A DNA stretch of 60,993 bases, counting the filler, from Deltaproteobacteria bacterium (GTDB lineage: Bacteria; JACQOV01), in assembly GCA_016202395.1 (NCBI GenBank). It is 5 parts of 5 records of this genome, joined end to end, with 100 filler letters (N's around TTAATTAATTAA, not from the genome) between each part and the next. Parts side by side here need not be neighbours in the genome. Positions count along the whole stretch, not along the records: positions 1 to 18,519 come from JACQOV010000097.1; positions 18,620 to 25,414 come from JACQOV010000101.1; 3 more parts are not named here. One strand, written 5' to 3'. The translations under genes and the position numbers were made by a program. The notes below the pieces were generated by a model. That model was not told the origin of the DNA and made no database searches. It saw only the letters and a program-made list of their open reading frames with translations. Shown piece after piece: positions 11,693 to 24,704 of the stretch (positions within the stretch are counted from its first letter, which is position 1; every line of letters starts with the position of its first letter).

Positions 11693-12412
11693 TTAAAGTC
11701 GAAATCCTTCCCCTAAATAGGCTTCCCTCGCCTTGGCGCTCTGAACAATGACATCCGCCCCCCCCTCTTCCAAGATCTTTCCATGATGGATGAGATAAGC
11801 TCGATCGCACACCGACAAAGTTTCACGAACATTATGATCCGAAATTAGAATCCCAATTCCGCGAGATTGCAGTCGCCTTAAAATTCCTTGGAGTTCCTTG
11901 ACAGCAATCGGGTCCATACCCGCAAAAGGCTCATCTAAAAGAAGGAATCGGGGCTCTAAAAGCAAAGCCCGAGCAATCTCCAGTCTTCTTCTTTCACCTC
12001 CCGATAGGGTTGCCGCATTGCGATCCGACAGAGAATCCATCCTGAACTCTTGCAATACCTCTTGGATTCTTTGACGACAAAGCTCCTCCGAAAGATCGAA
12101 CCGCTCCAAAACAATTAAAAGATTCTCTCTAACAGACAGACGTCTAAAAATAGAAGGTTCCTGAGGAAGATAGATAATTCCTAATCGAGATCGGCGGTAC
12201 ATCGGCTCCTCCGTCACCTCGTGGTCCCCCAAAAAAACATGCCCTGTCTCCGGTCGAATCATCCCTGTAACCATATAAAAAGTCGTCGTTTTGCCCGCCC
12301 CATTGGGGCCTAAAAGGCCAACGATCTCTCCCGGAGAAACACGAAGACTCAGATGATCCACCACCACTCGAGATCGATAACTTTTGACCAGTTCATCAAC
12401 TCTGAGGTCCAC
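11693..12412 (-). CDS. lptB: LPS export ABC ATPase
   Basis: GLLGPNGAGKTT, YLPQEPSIF, LSGGERRR, DHNVRETL; GTG start at 12412 behind GGGGAG. Confidence 0.95.
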   Translation of the reverse strand: MDLRVDELVKSYRSRVVVDHLSLRVSPGEIVGLLGPNGAGKTTTFYMVTGMIRPETGHVFLGDHEVTEEPMYRRSRLGIIYLPQEPSIFRRLSVRENLLIVLERFDLSEELCRQRIQEVLQEFRMDSLSDRNAATLSGGERRRLEIARALLLEPRFLLLDEPFAGMDPIAVKELQGILRRLQSRGIGILISDHNVRETLSVCDRAYLIHHGKILEEGGADVIVQSAKAREAYLGEGFRL

Positions 12413-12920
12413 GCTCTCCCCCTCTTTCAAAAAGGACAGGATCGATAGAGGCCTTGGCCCCTTCAACCCGAATTCGATCTTGAGTCAAAGAGACAATGAT
12501 CTTATCTCCTTGGATAAAACTTCTCCCTTGCCACAACTGGGGACGACCGGTCAACGTAATCTCCTTCAGGACTCCATCAAAGACCGCCTCTTCCCCGTAA
12601 GCCACTCGATCCTCTTGTTCCAATTTTACCGAACCTCTGGCGATTAAACGTTGAATCATACGATTTTTCAGATTAACATAAACCTCCACACGATCTGCAT
12701 TCAGCTTTAATCTCCCCTGCGCCACTTGGACGTTCCCTGAAAACAACAACCGATCCTGCTCGGCAGTGGCCTCCATCTGATCGGAGCGAATATCGATAGG
12801 GAACTGCGATAACCCCTCCGCTCCCAGGAAAGTGCGCCCCTCTTCCTCTCCAAAACTCACTGCGAGAGAAATGAAACAAAGTCCAATAAAACTTAAGATC
12901 CAATGGAAAAAAAGTTTCAT
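12396..12920 (-). CDS. lptA: LPS transport periplasmic protein (OstA-like)
   Basis: Signal peptide, PIDIRSD, FSGNVQVAQG; between lptC and lptB. Confidence 0.88.
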   Translation of the reverse strand: MKLFFHWILSFIGLCFISLAVSFGEEEGRTFLGAEGLSQFPIDIRSDQMEATAEQDRLLFSGNVQVAQGRLKLNADRVEVYVNLKNRMIQRLIARGSVKLEQEDRVAYGEEAVFDGVLKEITLTGRPQLWQGRSFIQGDKIIVSLTQDRIRVEGAKASIDPVLFERGGERGPQS

Positions 12921-13471
12921 GAATCTCCTGGCTCCCCATGGATCTGGGCATGAACGTCTTTAGGAAGACTCCATTCTTTCGACAGGAGACGAATAATGGC
13001 CCCCTCACTTTCCGACGTCCATTGTTCTCCACTCCATTTCACGTGCCCTGGGGCCTCAACGACACGATCAGAGCTTCGATAAAAAACCGACTCCGTCCGC
13101 AATTCCATCCCCTCTTGAGACCACATCCGGACCCCCCCCTTTATCTCCATATCCGAATCGACCATATCAATCTCCCCTTTTGCCCCTTCCAGCTGCCAAA
13201 GAGAGCGATCTTCTCCTCGAAACTCCCCTTGGACAGAGGAGAGAACCACCCTTTTTTCCTGCTCAAAATAGCTCGCTTCTTGCGCTCGAATCTGGAAACG
13301 GAGCTCCTGCGCATCATATTCAAAGAAAATAGGATCTTCAATCACAATACGGGGAAGTGAATCCATCCTGCCGGGGACGCCCGGATTCCCGCTCTTTTCG
13401 TTAGAGACCATGCACCCTCCCACACACACTAGGCACACTAGAAAGGCCAAAACAAAAAACCCCACCCTCAT
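12917..13471 (-). CDS. lptC: LPS export protein LptC
   Basis: N-terminal membrane anchor plus beta-rich domain (LRTESVFY); canonical position between kdsC and lptA. Confidence 0.8.
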   Translation of the reverse strand: MRVGFFVLAFLVCLVCVGGCMVSNEKSGNPGVPGRMDSLPRIVIEDPIFFEYDAQELRFQIRAQEASYFEQEKRVVLSSVQGEFRGEDRSLWQLEGAKGEIDMVDSDMEIKGGVRMWSQEGMELRTESVFYRSSDRVVEAPGHVKWSGEQWTSESEGAIIRLLSKEWSLPKDVHAQIHGEPGDS

Positions 13472-13477
13472 TTTGTG

Positions 13478-13486
13478 AGTATAGCA
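13478..13486 (-). promoter_or_regulatory. Extended -10 promoter element (TGcTATACT) 6 nt upstream of lptC ATG
   Basis: Minus strand reads TGC-TATACT-CACAAA-ATG with no Shine-Dalgarno. Confidence 0.5.
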
Positions 13487-13488
13487 TC

Positions 13489-14013
13489 TTATTGAAATCG
13501 TTGTAAATCCAGAAGGAGATCGATGAACTCTCGAACCCCCCCCTTGCCACCGGGAGATCGAGTCACGTAATCAGCCTGGCCACGCACGGCATCCACCGCA
13601 TCCGCAACGGCTACGGAAACGCCCACCTTCTTCATCAAGGGGATATCGAGAAGATCATCCCCTATATAGGCCACCTCGGAATCCATTAGTTTTAACTGAG
13701 AAAGGATCTCCCGATAGACAAGGAGCTTGTCTGTTTCCCCCTGAAAAACTAAAGAGACCCCCAGCTCTTTCGCACGAGCCTCTACAACCGGCGAATACCT
13801 GGCAGAGATCCAACCGACTCGAATCCCTGCCTCCTGAGCCATCTTGATCCCATGCCCATCCTTGGTATCGAAGGCCTTCAGTTCTAAGCCACTGGAACCC
13901 AACCAAATCTTCCCATCGGTCAGAACCCCATCCACATCCAGGAGGAGAAGTTGAATCCGCCTCAATCGTCTTTTTAACTCCGAAGAGAATCGACGCTGAA
14001 CCAAACCTCTCAC
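13489..14013 (-). CDS. kdsC: KDO 8-phosphate phosphatase (HAD)
   Basis: LLDVDGVLTDG, KDGHGI, YIGDDLLD, GGKGGVRE. Confidence 0.95.
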   Translation of the reverse strand: MRGLVQRRFSSELKRRLRRIQLLLLDVDGVLTDGKIWLGSSGLELKAFDTKDGHGIKMAQEAGIRVGWISARYSPVVEARAKELGVSLVFQGETDKLLVYREILSQLKLMDSEVAYIGDDLLDIPLMKKVGVSVAVADAVDAVRGQADYVTRSPGGKGGVREFIDLLLDLQRFQ

Positions 14014-15008
14014 GAAATACCTGCCTTCAAGAGATCGTGCATATGAAGCACCCCCACAGGCACCTTCTGATGGGACTCACTCACAACGAAAAGGCAGGTG
14101 ATCTTATTCTCTTCCATATAATGGAGGGCTCGCGCCGCTAACGCCTTGCTGTCAACCCTCTTTGGAGAACGGGTCATCACATCGGTGACCGTCTTTTCTA
14201 ACAGATTCGGATACCTTTCCAAAGCTCGCCGTAGATCCCCATCGGTTACAACTCCCTGAAGTTCCCCCGCGGAATCCAACACCCCAATAATCCCAAATCG
14301 TTTGCCTGTCATCTCAAGAAGGACCTCTTTCATAGGAGCCCCTTCTCGAATGAGAGGGATCTCGGAGCCGGCGTGCATGAGATTCTCAACCCGCAGCAGC
14401 CTCTTCCCTAAAATCCCCCCCGGATGAAGCGCCGCGAAATCCTCCTGCGTAAACCCTCGTCGCTCCAAGAGTGTGATGGCCAACGCATCTCCTAACGCTA
14501 AGGCGGCTGTGGTGCTGGAGGTAGGGGCCAACCCCAGAGGGCAAGCCTCTTCAGGGACTCCCATATCCAAAACCACATCACTGGCCCTCCCCAACGGAGA
14601 ACGCGGATACCCTGTCATGCCGATCAATTTCAGCCCCATCCTCTGAATCACCGGAAGCAGATTGAGGATCTCTTTTGTCTCTCCACTGTTGGAAAGGGCA
14701 AGCACCACATCTTTCTTTGTGAGAACCCCTAAATCCCCATGAACCCCCTCTGCGGGGTGAAGAAAAAAAGCGGGGGTGCCGGTGCTCGCAAACGTCGAGG
14801 CGATCTTTTGGCAGATCAAGCCCGACTTGCCAATTCCAGTAACAACCACCTTCCCTTCGCAAGAAAGAAGAAGATCGATCGCTCGAAGGAAATCCGAGTT
14901 GACTCTACTTTTAAGCTGCAAGATCGCTTGAGCCTCTTTATCAAGAATCTCGCGGGCTCTTTCCACCCAACGATCTTTCCGGGCGCCTCTGTTAAGCGCT
15001 TTTGGCAA
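14010..15008 (-). CDS. kdsD: Arabinose-5-phosphate isomerase (KpsF/GutQ, SIS+CBS)
   Basis: TGIGKSG, HPAEGVHGDLG, SNSGET, APTSST, C-terminal CBS pair; exact start uncertain. Confidence 0.95.
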   Translation of the reverse strand: MPKALNRGARKDRWVERAREILDKEAQAILQLKSRVNSDFLRAIDLLLSCEGKVVVTGIGKSGLICQKIASTFASTGTPAFFLHPAEGVHGDLGVLTKKDVVLALSNSGETKEILNLLPVIQRMGLKLIGMTGYPRSPLGRASDVVLDMGVPEEACPLGLAPTSSTTAALALGDALAITLLERRGFTQEDFAALHPGGILGKRLLRVENLMHAGSEIPLIREGAPMKEVLLEMTGKRFGIIGVLDSAGELQGVVTDGDLRRALERYPNLLEKTVTDVMTRSPKRVDSKALAARALHYMEENKITCLFVVSESHQKVPVGVLHMHDLLKAGIS

Positions 15009-15825
15009 TGGAGTCCATCCTTTTCAAAGTTTGAAGCAAACGGGGAAGATCTTCTAATCGATAGGAACTCGGTCCGTCGCAAAGAGCCCGATCAGGATCG
15101 GGATGCACCTCCAGAAACAGAGCATCAATCCCTAGCCCCACCGCAGCGCGACACAGAGGGGCTGCAAACTCCCTCTGACCTCCAGAGGCGGAGCCCAACC
15201 CTCCAGGGGTCTGGACGGTGTGAGAGCCATCGAAAACGACAGGGCATCCGAGATCTCGAATAACCACTAACGATCGAAAATCAACGACTAAGTTGTTGTA
15301 CCCAAAGGTCGTCCCCCGTTCCGTTACCATCACCCCATCCTCACGAACAGAGCGGATTTTTTCTAAAACTGATTGCACATCCCAAGGGGAGAGGAACTGG
15401 CCTTTTTTAACATTCATGGCGCGAGCATGGCGAGCCACCTCCAAAAGGAGATCGGTCTGGCGCGATAGGAAGGCGGGAATCTGAACCACATCTAAAACCT
15501 TGGAGGCCTTCTCCACCTCTTCGCAGCAGTGAACATCGGAGAGCACATTCACCCCCACTTGATCCTTCACCTTCTGTAAAACCTCTAAGCCCCGCTCTAA
15601 ACCGGGCCCGCGAAAAGAGTGGACGGAGGTCCGATTGGCCTTATCATAAGAACATTTAAAGATAAAAGGAACTGCCAATTCCGCGCAAATCTGACGAAGC
15701 CTATTGGCAGCCAATAAGGCAAACTCTTCACTCTCAATCACATCCGGACCCGCAATCAATACGAATGGATTTCCAGCGCCAATCGTGATCTTCCCTACCT
15801 GAACTCCCTTGGATTTCCCTGCCAT
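14992..15825 (-). CDS. kdsA: KDO 8-phosphate synthase
   Basis: IAGPDVIES, DKANRTS, QIPAFLSRQTD, KKGQF, TERGTTFGY; start set at ATG 15825. Confidence 0.96.
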   Translation of the reverse strand: MAGKSKGVQVGKITIGAGNPFVLIAGPDVIESEEFALLAANRLRQICAELAVPFIFKCSYDKANRTSVHSFRGPGLERGLEVLQKVKDQVGVNVLSDVHCCEEVEKASKVLDVVQIPAFLSRQTDLLLEVARHARAMNVKKGQFLSPWDVQSVLEKIRSVREDGVMVTERGTTFGYNNLVVDFRSLVVIRDLGCPVVFDGSHTVQTPGGLGSASGGQREFAAPLCRAAVGLGIDALFLEVHPDPDRALCDGPSSYRLEDLPRLLQTLKRMDSIAKSA

Positions 15826-15830
15826 GACGA

Positions 15831-18208
<2,378 letters not shown>

Positions 18209-18309
18209 AACGAGACTGAAGCTAACATTTCAACACAGAAGAATCAAGAGTTAGAACCGAAGGAGATGCCTCCGACATTTCTCTCGTTTCACTTACGAGA
18301 TTTTTGATG

Positions 18310-18519
18310 GATCGGTGGGAAAAGTCCACGGGGATGTTTTCTTGAGCGAACGTTGCAAGATTTTTGGGGTTCCCCTCTTGGCGAAGAGAGCGTGCCCGCC
18401 AACCGCCTTTGGCGGGACTCCGCCAAAGGCGGGAAAGGGCCGATTTCTGCTGTTTGAGCCCCGCCATTGGCGGGGCGAGTTCAGAAATCGAGCGACCGAG
18501 CCTTAGAGGGGTCAAAAAT
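18310..18519 (+). mobile_element. MITE family C copy, truncated by contig end
   Basis: Starts GATCGGTGGGAAAAGTCCACGG; body matches reverse complement of 18620-18769; end shared with 25570-25630. Confidence 0.75.
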
Positions 18520-18619
18520 NNNNNNNNNNNNNNNNNNNNNNNNNNNNNNNNNNNNNNNNNNNNTTAATTAATTAANNNNNNNNNNNNNNNNNNNNNNNNN
18601 NNNNNNNNNNNNNNNNNNN
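18520..18619. other. Artificial contig linker
   Basis: N44-TTAATTAATTAA-N44, identical at four places. Confidence 0.99.
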
Positions 18620-18769
18620 ATTTTCGACCCCTCTAAGGCTCGGTCGCTCGATTTCTGAACTCGGCCTTCGGCCTCAAACAGCAGAAATCGGCCCTTTGGG
18701 CACGCTCCCTTCGCCTAGAGGGGTACCCCGAAAATTTCGTAACGTTCGTTCGGGAAAAACATCCCAGTG
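18620..18769 (-). mobile_element. MITE family C copy, truncated by contig start and lacking the terminal motif
   Basis: Reverse complement aligns with ~18327-18519 apart from two hairpin indels and scattered substitutions. Confidence 0.75.
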
Positions 18770-18788
18770 AATCGATAGAGCTTAAAGA

Positions 18789-18941
18789 GGTGGGAAAAGT
18801 TCGAAAGCGGCGACTAGCGGCAGCGAGGGTACCCACCGCGGCGAGACGGCGAGGAAAGCCGGTTATACCGGAAGGTTTCCCGCCGGGCGAGCCGCGGAAG
18901 GGTGCGACCGGAGCTTCGGAGCCGCTTGAACTTTTCCCACC
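18789..18941. mobile_element. 153-bp MITE with family C-type ends
   Basis: Perfect 14-bp terminal inverted repeat GGTGGGAAAAGTTC...GAACTTTTCCCACC, extended by AAGCGGC/GCCGCTT; GC-rich non-coding interior. Confidence 0.75.
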
Positions 18942-19009
18942 GATAATTCGAAAAACGGAGTTTATTTTCTATCTGAAATCGGTTATAGTCGCGGCACGTA
19001 GGAGGGAAA

Positions 19010-19537
19010 ATGGGGAAGGTGGTTCTAGACCTCGAAACACAAAAGGCCTTTGATGAGGTTGACGGAAGGCAGTTTCATTTGCTTAAGGTTTCGGTGGTAG
19101 GGGTCTATGATTACGCAACAGACTCTTTCAAGGTTTTTGAAGAGTCGGAGTTGGGTTCTCTCCTCAGGCTTTTGGAGAAAGCGGATCGGGTTATCGGTTT
19201 CAATATTAAAGGATTTGATTACAAGGTGTTGGAGCCGTACTTCGGCGCTGGGATTTACCAACTCCCCACGTTAGATATACTCGAGGTGGCTAGCCAGCGG
19301 TTGGGTCATCGAGTGAGCTTAGATAGCATTGCTTCAGCCACTCTTGGAGCTGGAAAAACGGGGAGCGGTTTGGACGCCATTTATTATTTCAAACAAGGGA
19401 AGATCGAAGAGCTCAAAGCTTATTGCTTAAATGATGTCAAATTGACTCGCGATCTCTACGAACATGGGCGGAAGCAGGGGCGCTTGCGCTACATGAAACG
19501 GGGAGAGCTCGCAGAATTTGAAGTGACTTGGGATTGA
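19010..19537 (+). CDS. RNase H-like (DEDD, YprB/RNase_H_2-type) 3'-5' exonuclease
   Basis: LDLET, GFNIKGFD, YCLNDV exonuclease motifs. Confidence 0.88.
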   Translation: MGKVVLDLETQKAFDEVDGRQFHLLKVSVVGVYDYATDSFKVFEESELGSLLRLLEKADRVIGFNIKGFDYKVLEPYFGAGIYQLPTLDILEVASQRLGHRVSLDSIASATLGAGKTGSGLDAIYYFKQGKIEELKAYCLNDVKLTRDLYEHGRKQGRLRYMKRGELAEFEVTWD

Positions 19538-19540
19538 CGG

Positions 19541-21346
19541 ATGTCTTCATATCGCACCATTGCACATACTTTCCGAGAGTGTCGAAATCGATATCAAGGG
19601 AGAGAGCTCTTTCGTTACAAGCGAGAGGGGCAGTGGTGTGGCATCGGTTGGGATGAGGCGGTCCCTCTTATTGAGGAGATTTCCTGTGGGCTTCTAGCCT
19701 TGGGGGTTCGGCGTGGGGACCGGGTTTCCATTCTCGGTGAAACCCGTATGGAATGGTCACTGGCCGACCATGCGATTACCGACTTCGGCGCAGTGACCGT
19801 TGGAATCTACCCTACCGACACCGCCCGTCAAGTGGAATATATTTTGGGGCACTGTGAAGCCAAGGTCTTGTTCGTTTCTCATTCGGAGGCGCTTAAAAAG
19901 ATCTTGTCGATTTGGAAAAATCTTCCGGATCTCACCCACGTGGTTGTTTTTGATCCTGCCACGTCCGTGGATGGGAAGACTATTTTAACTTTGGTTCAGC
20001 TCCGGCAACTTGGCGCGCAAAAACAACAGAAGGAACCTGGATTATTAGATCAGTTCCGGAACGAAATTCAGCCGGAGGATCCATTGACGATCATCTATAC
20101 TTCAGGGACGACAGGGCCTCCCAAAGGGGCTATTCTCACCCATGCCAATTTCCTTTTCATGATTGAAACCATCATGAAGATTCTTCCTCTGGGGCCTAGC
20201 GACGTGGGGCTTGTTTTTATGCCCCTTTGCCACGTTTTTCAGCGGATGGTGAACTATATCGGAATTTATGGAGGGGCCCTCGGGGTTTTTGTTGAGAGTC
20301 TGGATCAGGTGGCAGCCACGATGAAAGAGGCGCACCCCACCGTTATGGCCAGTGTTCCACGGATTTATGAGAAGGCTTATGCGCGGATCGGCTCGCAGGT
20401 GAACGCAGCCAACAAAAGGCGCCAGGCCATTTTCCGATGGGCTTGTCGCGTGGGGCTGGAACGGAGTCGTTGTATTCAATCTGGCAAACCGCCTTCGTTC
20501 TTGCTCCAAATTCAATATAACCTGGCAAATCTCCTGGTTTTCCGAAAGATTCAGGCCGCGTTGGGGGGGAACATTCGCTTCATGGTTTCTGGAGGAGCCC
20601 CCATTTCTCTTAAGATCTTAGAGTTTTTCCACGCCGCGGGGGTTCTTGTTTTCGAAGGTTACGGTTTGACGGAAACAACCGCTATCACCACCGCCAATCG
20701 TGTGGAGGATTACAAACTGGGGACGGTGGGCAAACCGATTCCTGGAGTGGAGGTGAGGATTGCGCAGGACGGCGAGATTTTAGTCCGCGGCCCCAACATT
20801 TTTAAGGGGTATTTTAAAGATCCTGAGAAAACGGCGGAGGCCATTGACAACGAAGGTTGGTTTCATACGGGCGACGTTGGGGAAGTGGATCCAGGGGGAT
20901 ATCTTCGGATCACCGATCGAAAGAAGGATCTGATTATTACCGCCGGAGGAAAAAACGTTGCGCCTCAGAATATTGAGAACCTGATTAAAGGGCACCCTTT
21001 GATCAGTCAAGTCCTGGTATATGGAGATCGGCGAAAATATCTGACCGCTTTGATTACTCTGGATGTTGAGGAGGCCAGGATCTTTGGACAAGAGAGGGGC
21101 ATTGCCTTCACGAGCCTTTCAGAATTTGTGGAGCATCCCGACGTTCAAGATTTTATTCAGGCACGGATTGAGGAAAAGAATCAAGAGCTGGCGCGGTATG
21201 AGCAGATCAAAAAGTTTAAGATTCTTCCGCAAGACTTTTCCACTCAGGAGGGAACTTTAACACCGACTCAGAAAGTTCGCCGTCGCACGGTCGTTGAGAA
21301 GTACCGGGCTATCCTCGACCAGATGTATGATGAAATATTCGATTAG
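19541..21346 (+). CDS. Long-chain fatty acid-CoA ligase
   Basis: [43 protein letters not shown]. Confidence 0.93.
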   Translation: MSSYRTIAHTFRECRNRYQGRELFRYKREGQWCGIGWDEAVPLIEEISCGLLALGVRRGDRVSILGETRMEWSLADHAITDFGAVTVGIYPTDTARQVEYILGHCEAKVLFVSHSEALKKILSIWKNLPDLTHVVVFDPATSVDGKTILTLVQLRQLGAQKQQKEPGLLDQFRNEIQPEDPLTIIYTSGTTGPPKGAILTHANFLFMIETIMKILPLGPSDVGLVFMPLCHVFQRMVNYIGIYGGALGVFVESLDQVAATMKEAHPTVMASVPRIYEKAYARIGSQVNAANKRRQAIFRWACRVGLERSRCIQSGKPPSFLLQIQYNLANLLVFRKIQAALGGNIRFMVSGGAPISLKILEFFHAAGVLVFEGYGLTETTAITTANRVEDYKLGTVGKPIPGVEVRIAQDGEILVRGPNIFKGYFKDPEKTAEAIDNEGWFHTGDVGEVDPGGYLRITDRKKDLIITAGGKNVAPQNIENLIKGHPLISQVLVYGDRRKYLTALITLDVEEARIFGQERGIAFTSLSEFVEHPDVQDFIQARIEEKNQELARYEQIKKFKILPQDFSTQEGTLTPTQKVRRRTVVEKYRAILDQMYDEIFD

Positions 21347-21396
21347 AGGAGCAGTTTCTTGATTCACCCGATATTATTTGTTATGGAATCAACGCT

Positions 21397-22017
21397 ATGG
21401 AGATTGCGGAGTTAGTTCGACAGTTACTTACAGAGATCGGTGAAGATCCTCAAAGGGAGGGGCTTCAAAGAACCCCTTTTCGAGTGGAAAAGGCATGGAA
21501 ATTTTTGACCAAGGGGTATGCGGAGGATCCAAGAGAAGTGATCAATGGAGCCCTCTTTGAGGAAAACCATGAAGAGATGATCGTTTTAAAGGATATTGAT
21601 TTCTTTAGCATGTGTGAGCACCATCTCCTCCCTTTCTCTGGGAAATGTCATCTGGCCTATATCCCTAAGGGGAAAGTCATTGGTTTGAGCAAACTGGCCC
21701 GTTTGGTCGAGGTTTACTCCCGACGCCTTCAAGTCCAGGAGCGTTTAACGAATCAGATTGCCCAGACTTTGCAGGAGACGTTGGAGCCTCTAGGGGTAGG
21801 GGTTGTCATGGAAGCCCAGCATCTGTGCATGATGATGCGGGGAGTAGAAAAACAAAATTCGATCGCTGTAACCAGCGCGATGTTGGGGGCTTTTCGAAAT
21901 CGGATCACTCGCTGGGAGTTCTTTAATCTTATTGGGCGACCCAATAGGGCGCGAACCATTGCCCCTCCTTGCAATTTGATGGATGATCCACTAATATTGG
22001 AGCTCGAAAAAAATTAG
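21397..22017 (+). CDS. folE: GTP cyclohydrolase I
   Basis: [34 protein letters not shown]. Confidence 0.97.
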   Translation: MEIAELVRQLLTEIGEDPQREGLQRTPFRVEKAWKFLTKGYAEDPREVINGALFEENHEEMIVLKDIDFFSMCEHHLLPFSGKCHLAYIPKGKVIGLSKLARLVEVYSRRLQVQERLTNQIAQTLQETLEPLGVGVVMEAQHLCMMMRGVEKQNSIAVTSAMLGAFRNRITRWEFFNLIGRPNRARTIAPPCNLMDDPLILELEKN

Positions 22018-22326
<309 letters not shown>

Positions 22327-22351
22327 TTGAATTGGTAATAGCTTCCATTAA

Positions 22352-22434
22352 TAACCCCCTCTATCTCCCCCTTATTTTAAGGGGGAGAATGGGGAATCCC
22401 TCCCCTTAGAATAAGGGGAGGGTAGGAGGGGTTA
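22352..22434. repeat. REP-like double hairpin (CCCCTTA-N3-TAAGGGG type) overlapping 3' end of lipoate-ligase-like gene
   Basis: TCTCCCCCTTA ttt TAAGGGGGAGA and CCCTCCCCTTA gaa TAAGGGGAGGG within outer TAACCCC...GGGGTTA; between convergent genes, may terminate both. Confidence 0.75.
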
Positions 22435-23360
22435 CGGTTCTTTCCAGCGGCATTAAGAATCGTGTCGGGGAATGCACGCAGCGATCTAAGCCCCAGAATG
22501 ACGTTTCGTGGGTTTGTGAAGATTTGATCGACCCGCCTCCCAATCTCTTTCCACTCGAGAGGACAGCCCTTTAGATTTTCTTCCAATTCCGAGACGGCGG
22601 GGCTATTGGCGATAAAATCGCCGAATAGGAGGACCTCTTTAATTTTTTGGCCTTCGAGTTGGAGTCCTGCGTAAAACTGGCCGATCGGGATTTCACAAAG
22701 GTCGGACCACAACATTTTTGGATCGTGTTCTCGAGGGTCTTCCATGGACAGCAAAGGTTGGGAGTCGATTTTTTCTTTCTCTCGTTTTGAGAATTCAAAG
22801 GCCTCCCACCGGAGGTCTTGACGCGGAAAATTCTGAATCCACGTCGTGACAAACTCTTGGAGAGGGCGCAAAGCCAACAGATCTTGAGACTCCAGCACAG
22901 ACTGCATCAGCAAGGCATTGTTGGCCTCCACATCGAAGGTTAAGTAACCGATCGGCTTGCGCGACACGGTTAAAGAATCTCTTCCGCCATAGAAAGCCGG
23001 CAGGCCCCATTTTTTGAGGGTCGTTAGCAAAGGGCGAACGTAGCGGTTGAGTATTTTGTGTGGAGGGATCCCTTCTTGAATGAGAGATTGCCAATGGGGA
23101 GCCATGAGGCACAAACTCAGCATTCCCGATCCATAAGGGAAGGCTCGTCCTCCTGTCCAACGCCGGATCATGGGACGATCTGGTTTTATGAATGTGGCGC
23201 GGGCTTGTTGGAATCGGCCCAAGCTCATCGTTTTTCCCGAAAGAAGGGTTGCCAAAATAAAAGGCTCCTTTGTCTGCGCAGTTTTTTTTAGAAGATAGGC
23301 GGCCTGCTTCAATTCTTCTTCTGCAGGGATGTTTTCTTGGATGAGGTATCGGCCCGTCAT
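22377..23360 (-). CDS. Divergent lipoate-protein ligase A family protein
   Basis: RRWTGG (cf. RRxSGG), RKPIG (cf. RKxSG), C-terminal LFGDF domain. Confidence 0.65.
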   Translation of the reverse strand: MTGRYLIQENIPAEEELKQAAYLLKKTAQTKEPFILATLLSGKTMSLGRFQQARATFIKPDRPMIRRWTGGRAFPYGSGMLSLCLMAPHWQSLIQEGIPPHKILNRYVRPLLTTLKKWGLPAFYGGRDSLTVSRKPIGYLTFDVEANNALLMQSVLESQDLLALRPLQEFVTTWIQNFPRQDLRWEAFEFSKREKEKIDSQPLLSMEDPREHDPKMLWSDLCEIPIGQFYAGLQLEGQKIKEVLLFGDFIANSPAVSELEENLKGCPLEWKEIGRRVDQIFTNPRNVILGLRSLRAFPDTILNAAGKNRNPSYPPLILRGGIPHSPP

Positions 23361-24286
23361 GAGTTATTGTGTGCTATCGTAGCATTTCTTAGGAGCCCTG
23401 ACCATTGGGCCCGTCGGATGGGGCTTCGTTCAAAGCGTTTTGGAAACTCTTCTTCTTGGATCGAGGTGATTTCAGATAAAAGGGGCTTAAAATTTTCAGG
23501 ACGAGGCTTGAAAGCCGGCTCCGAGGTGAGGGGGGCCTTTCGGTTCCAAGGGCACACCTCTTGGCAGATATCGCAGCCATAGAGGTTCTGTCCCATCCAC
23601 GGATGAAATTCGTCAGGGATGGATTCGCGGAGCTCAATCGTCAAGTAAGAGATGCATTTTTGCGCATTGAGCACGTAAGGCTCCACGAGAGCTTGGGTGG
23701 GGCATGCGTTGAGACAGCGACGGCAATCTCCACAAGCGTCGGGGGGAGGCATCCCAGCAGGGAGATCTAAATTGGTTAGGATGACGCCAAGGAAGAGCCA
23801 AGATCCTAATTCAGTGTTGATGAGGCAGGTATTTTTGCCGATCCAACCGATGCCAGCATATTTTGCAAAAACCTTCTCTAGGAGGGGTCCTGTGTCCACG
23901 TAAGGTTTTAATTCTGCCGAAGGGATTTCCATTCGAATCCCATCGCAGAGAAGATCGAGTTTTTTACCAAGAACTTTGTGGTAATCCTCTCCCCAAGCGT
24001 AGCAAGAGATCCATCCTCGATCCTTTGGCGTTTCTTGGGAGTTGTGGGATTGTGTGTGATAATTCATGGCCACACAGATAACGGATTGTGCAGAGGGGAG
24101 GATTTTTCGAAGATCCAGGCGTTTCTCTTTTTGTCGGGAAAGATAGGCCATCTTTCCGTGATAGCCTCGATCTAGCCATTCTTGGAATCGATCCATTTCA
24201 GGGAAAGTTTTTGCTGGAGCCACTCCAATACGATCAAGCCCTAACTCAAAGGCCTTTTCCTCAATTTTTTGGAGGAGGTTCTTCAT
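23357..24286 (-). CDS. queG: Epoxyqueuosine reductase
   Basis: GYHGKMAYL, YAWGEDYH, VDTGPLLEK, CGDCRRCLNACPT, CISYLTIE, GCDICQEVCPWN; ATG 24286 (ORF-track extension crosses tRNAs). Confidence 0.96.
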   Translation of the reverse strand: MKNLLQKIEEKAFELGLDRIGVAPAKTFPEMDRFQEWLDRGYHGKMAYLSRQKEKRLDLRKILPSAQSVICVAMNYHTQSHNSQETPKDRGWISCYAWGEDYHKVLGKKLDLLCDGIRMEIPSAELKPYVDTGPLLEKVFAKYAGIGWIGKNTCLINTELGSWLFLGVILTNLDLPAGMPPPDACGDCRRCLNACPTQALVEPYVLNAQKCISYLTIELRESIPDEFHPWMGQNLYGCDICQEVCPWNRKAPLTSEPAFKPRPENFKPLLSEITSIQEEEFPKRFERSPIRRAQWSGLLRNATIAHNNS

Positions 24287-24294
24287 CTCAAGAT

Positions 24295-24370
24295 TGGAGG
24301 CGGCGACCGGATTCGAACCGGTGAATCGCGGTTTTGCAGACCGCTCCCTTAGCCACTTGGGTACGCCGCC
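24295..24370 (-). tRNA. tRNA-Cys(GCA)
   Basis: GGCGGCG/CGCCGCC acceptor stem, GCGGT-CTGCAAA-ACCGC anticodon arm, GGTTCGAATCC, U discriminator + CCA. Confidence 0.97.
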
Positions 24371-24377
24371 CAAAGAA

Positions 24378-24448
<71 letters not shown>

Positions 24449-24450
<2 letters not shown>

Positions 24451-24572
24451 AAACGCAAGAAATGACTTTATACTTTGTTGGCCTTCCTCGGCACTCGCTC
24501 AGCGTACGCCACAAAGTACGCTTCGCTCGGCCTCAGTCGGCCGCCTCGTCTAAAGTCATTTCTTGCGTTTGC
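24449..24572. mobile_element. MITE family B copy (124 bp)
   Basis: Perfect 22-bp inverted repeat GCAAACGCAAGAAATGACTTTA...TAAAGTCATTTCTTGCGTTTGC; homologous to 7836-7959. Confidence 0.85.
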
Positions 24573-24704
24573 AAGCAATATCCCTTTTATCATTTTTGGA
24601 AATTTTAGGCAATTTAATGTTGCAATTCTACGGGTTCATTGCTAAAGTAAGGTTGCACTCAGGAAAGGGCGTTCGCCGTTTAATCTATTCAACAGGAGGA
24701 CGCC

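Noticed and set aside
18564-18575. TTAATTAATTAA motif recurring four times
   Set aside because: Synthetic stop-in-all-frames spacer inside the N linkers.
18310-18769. Apparent giant hairpin centred on the N gap
   Set aside because: The arms are on different contigs joined by an artificial linker; they are two repeat copies that broke the assembly.
18222-19053. Short ORFs over the repeat cluster
   Set aside because: Translations of GC-rich palindromic repeats with no protein features.
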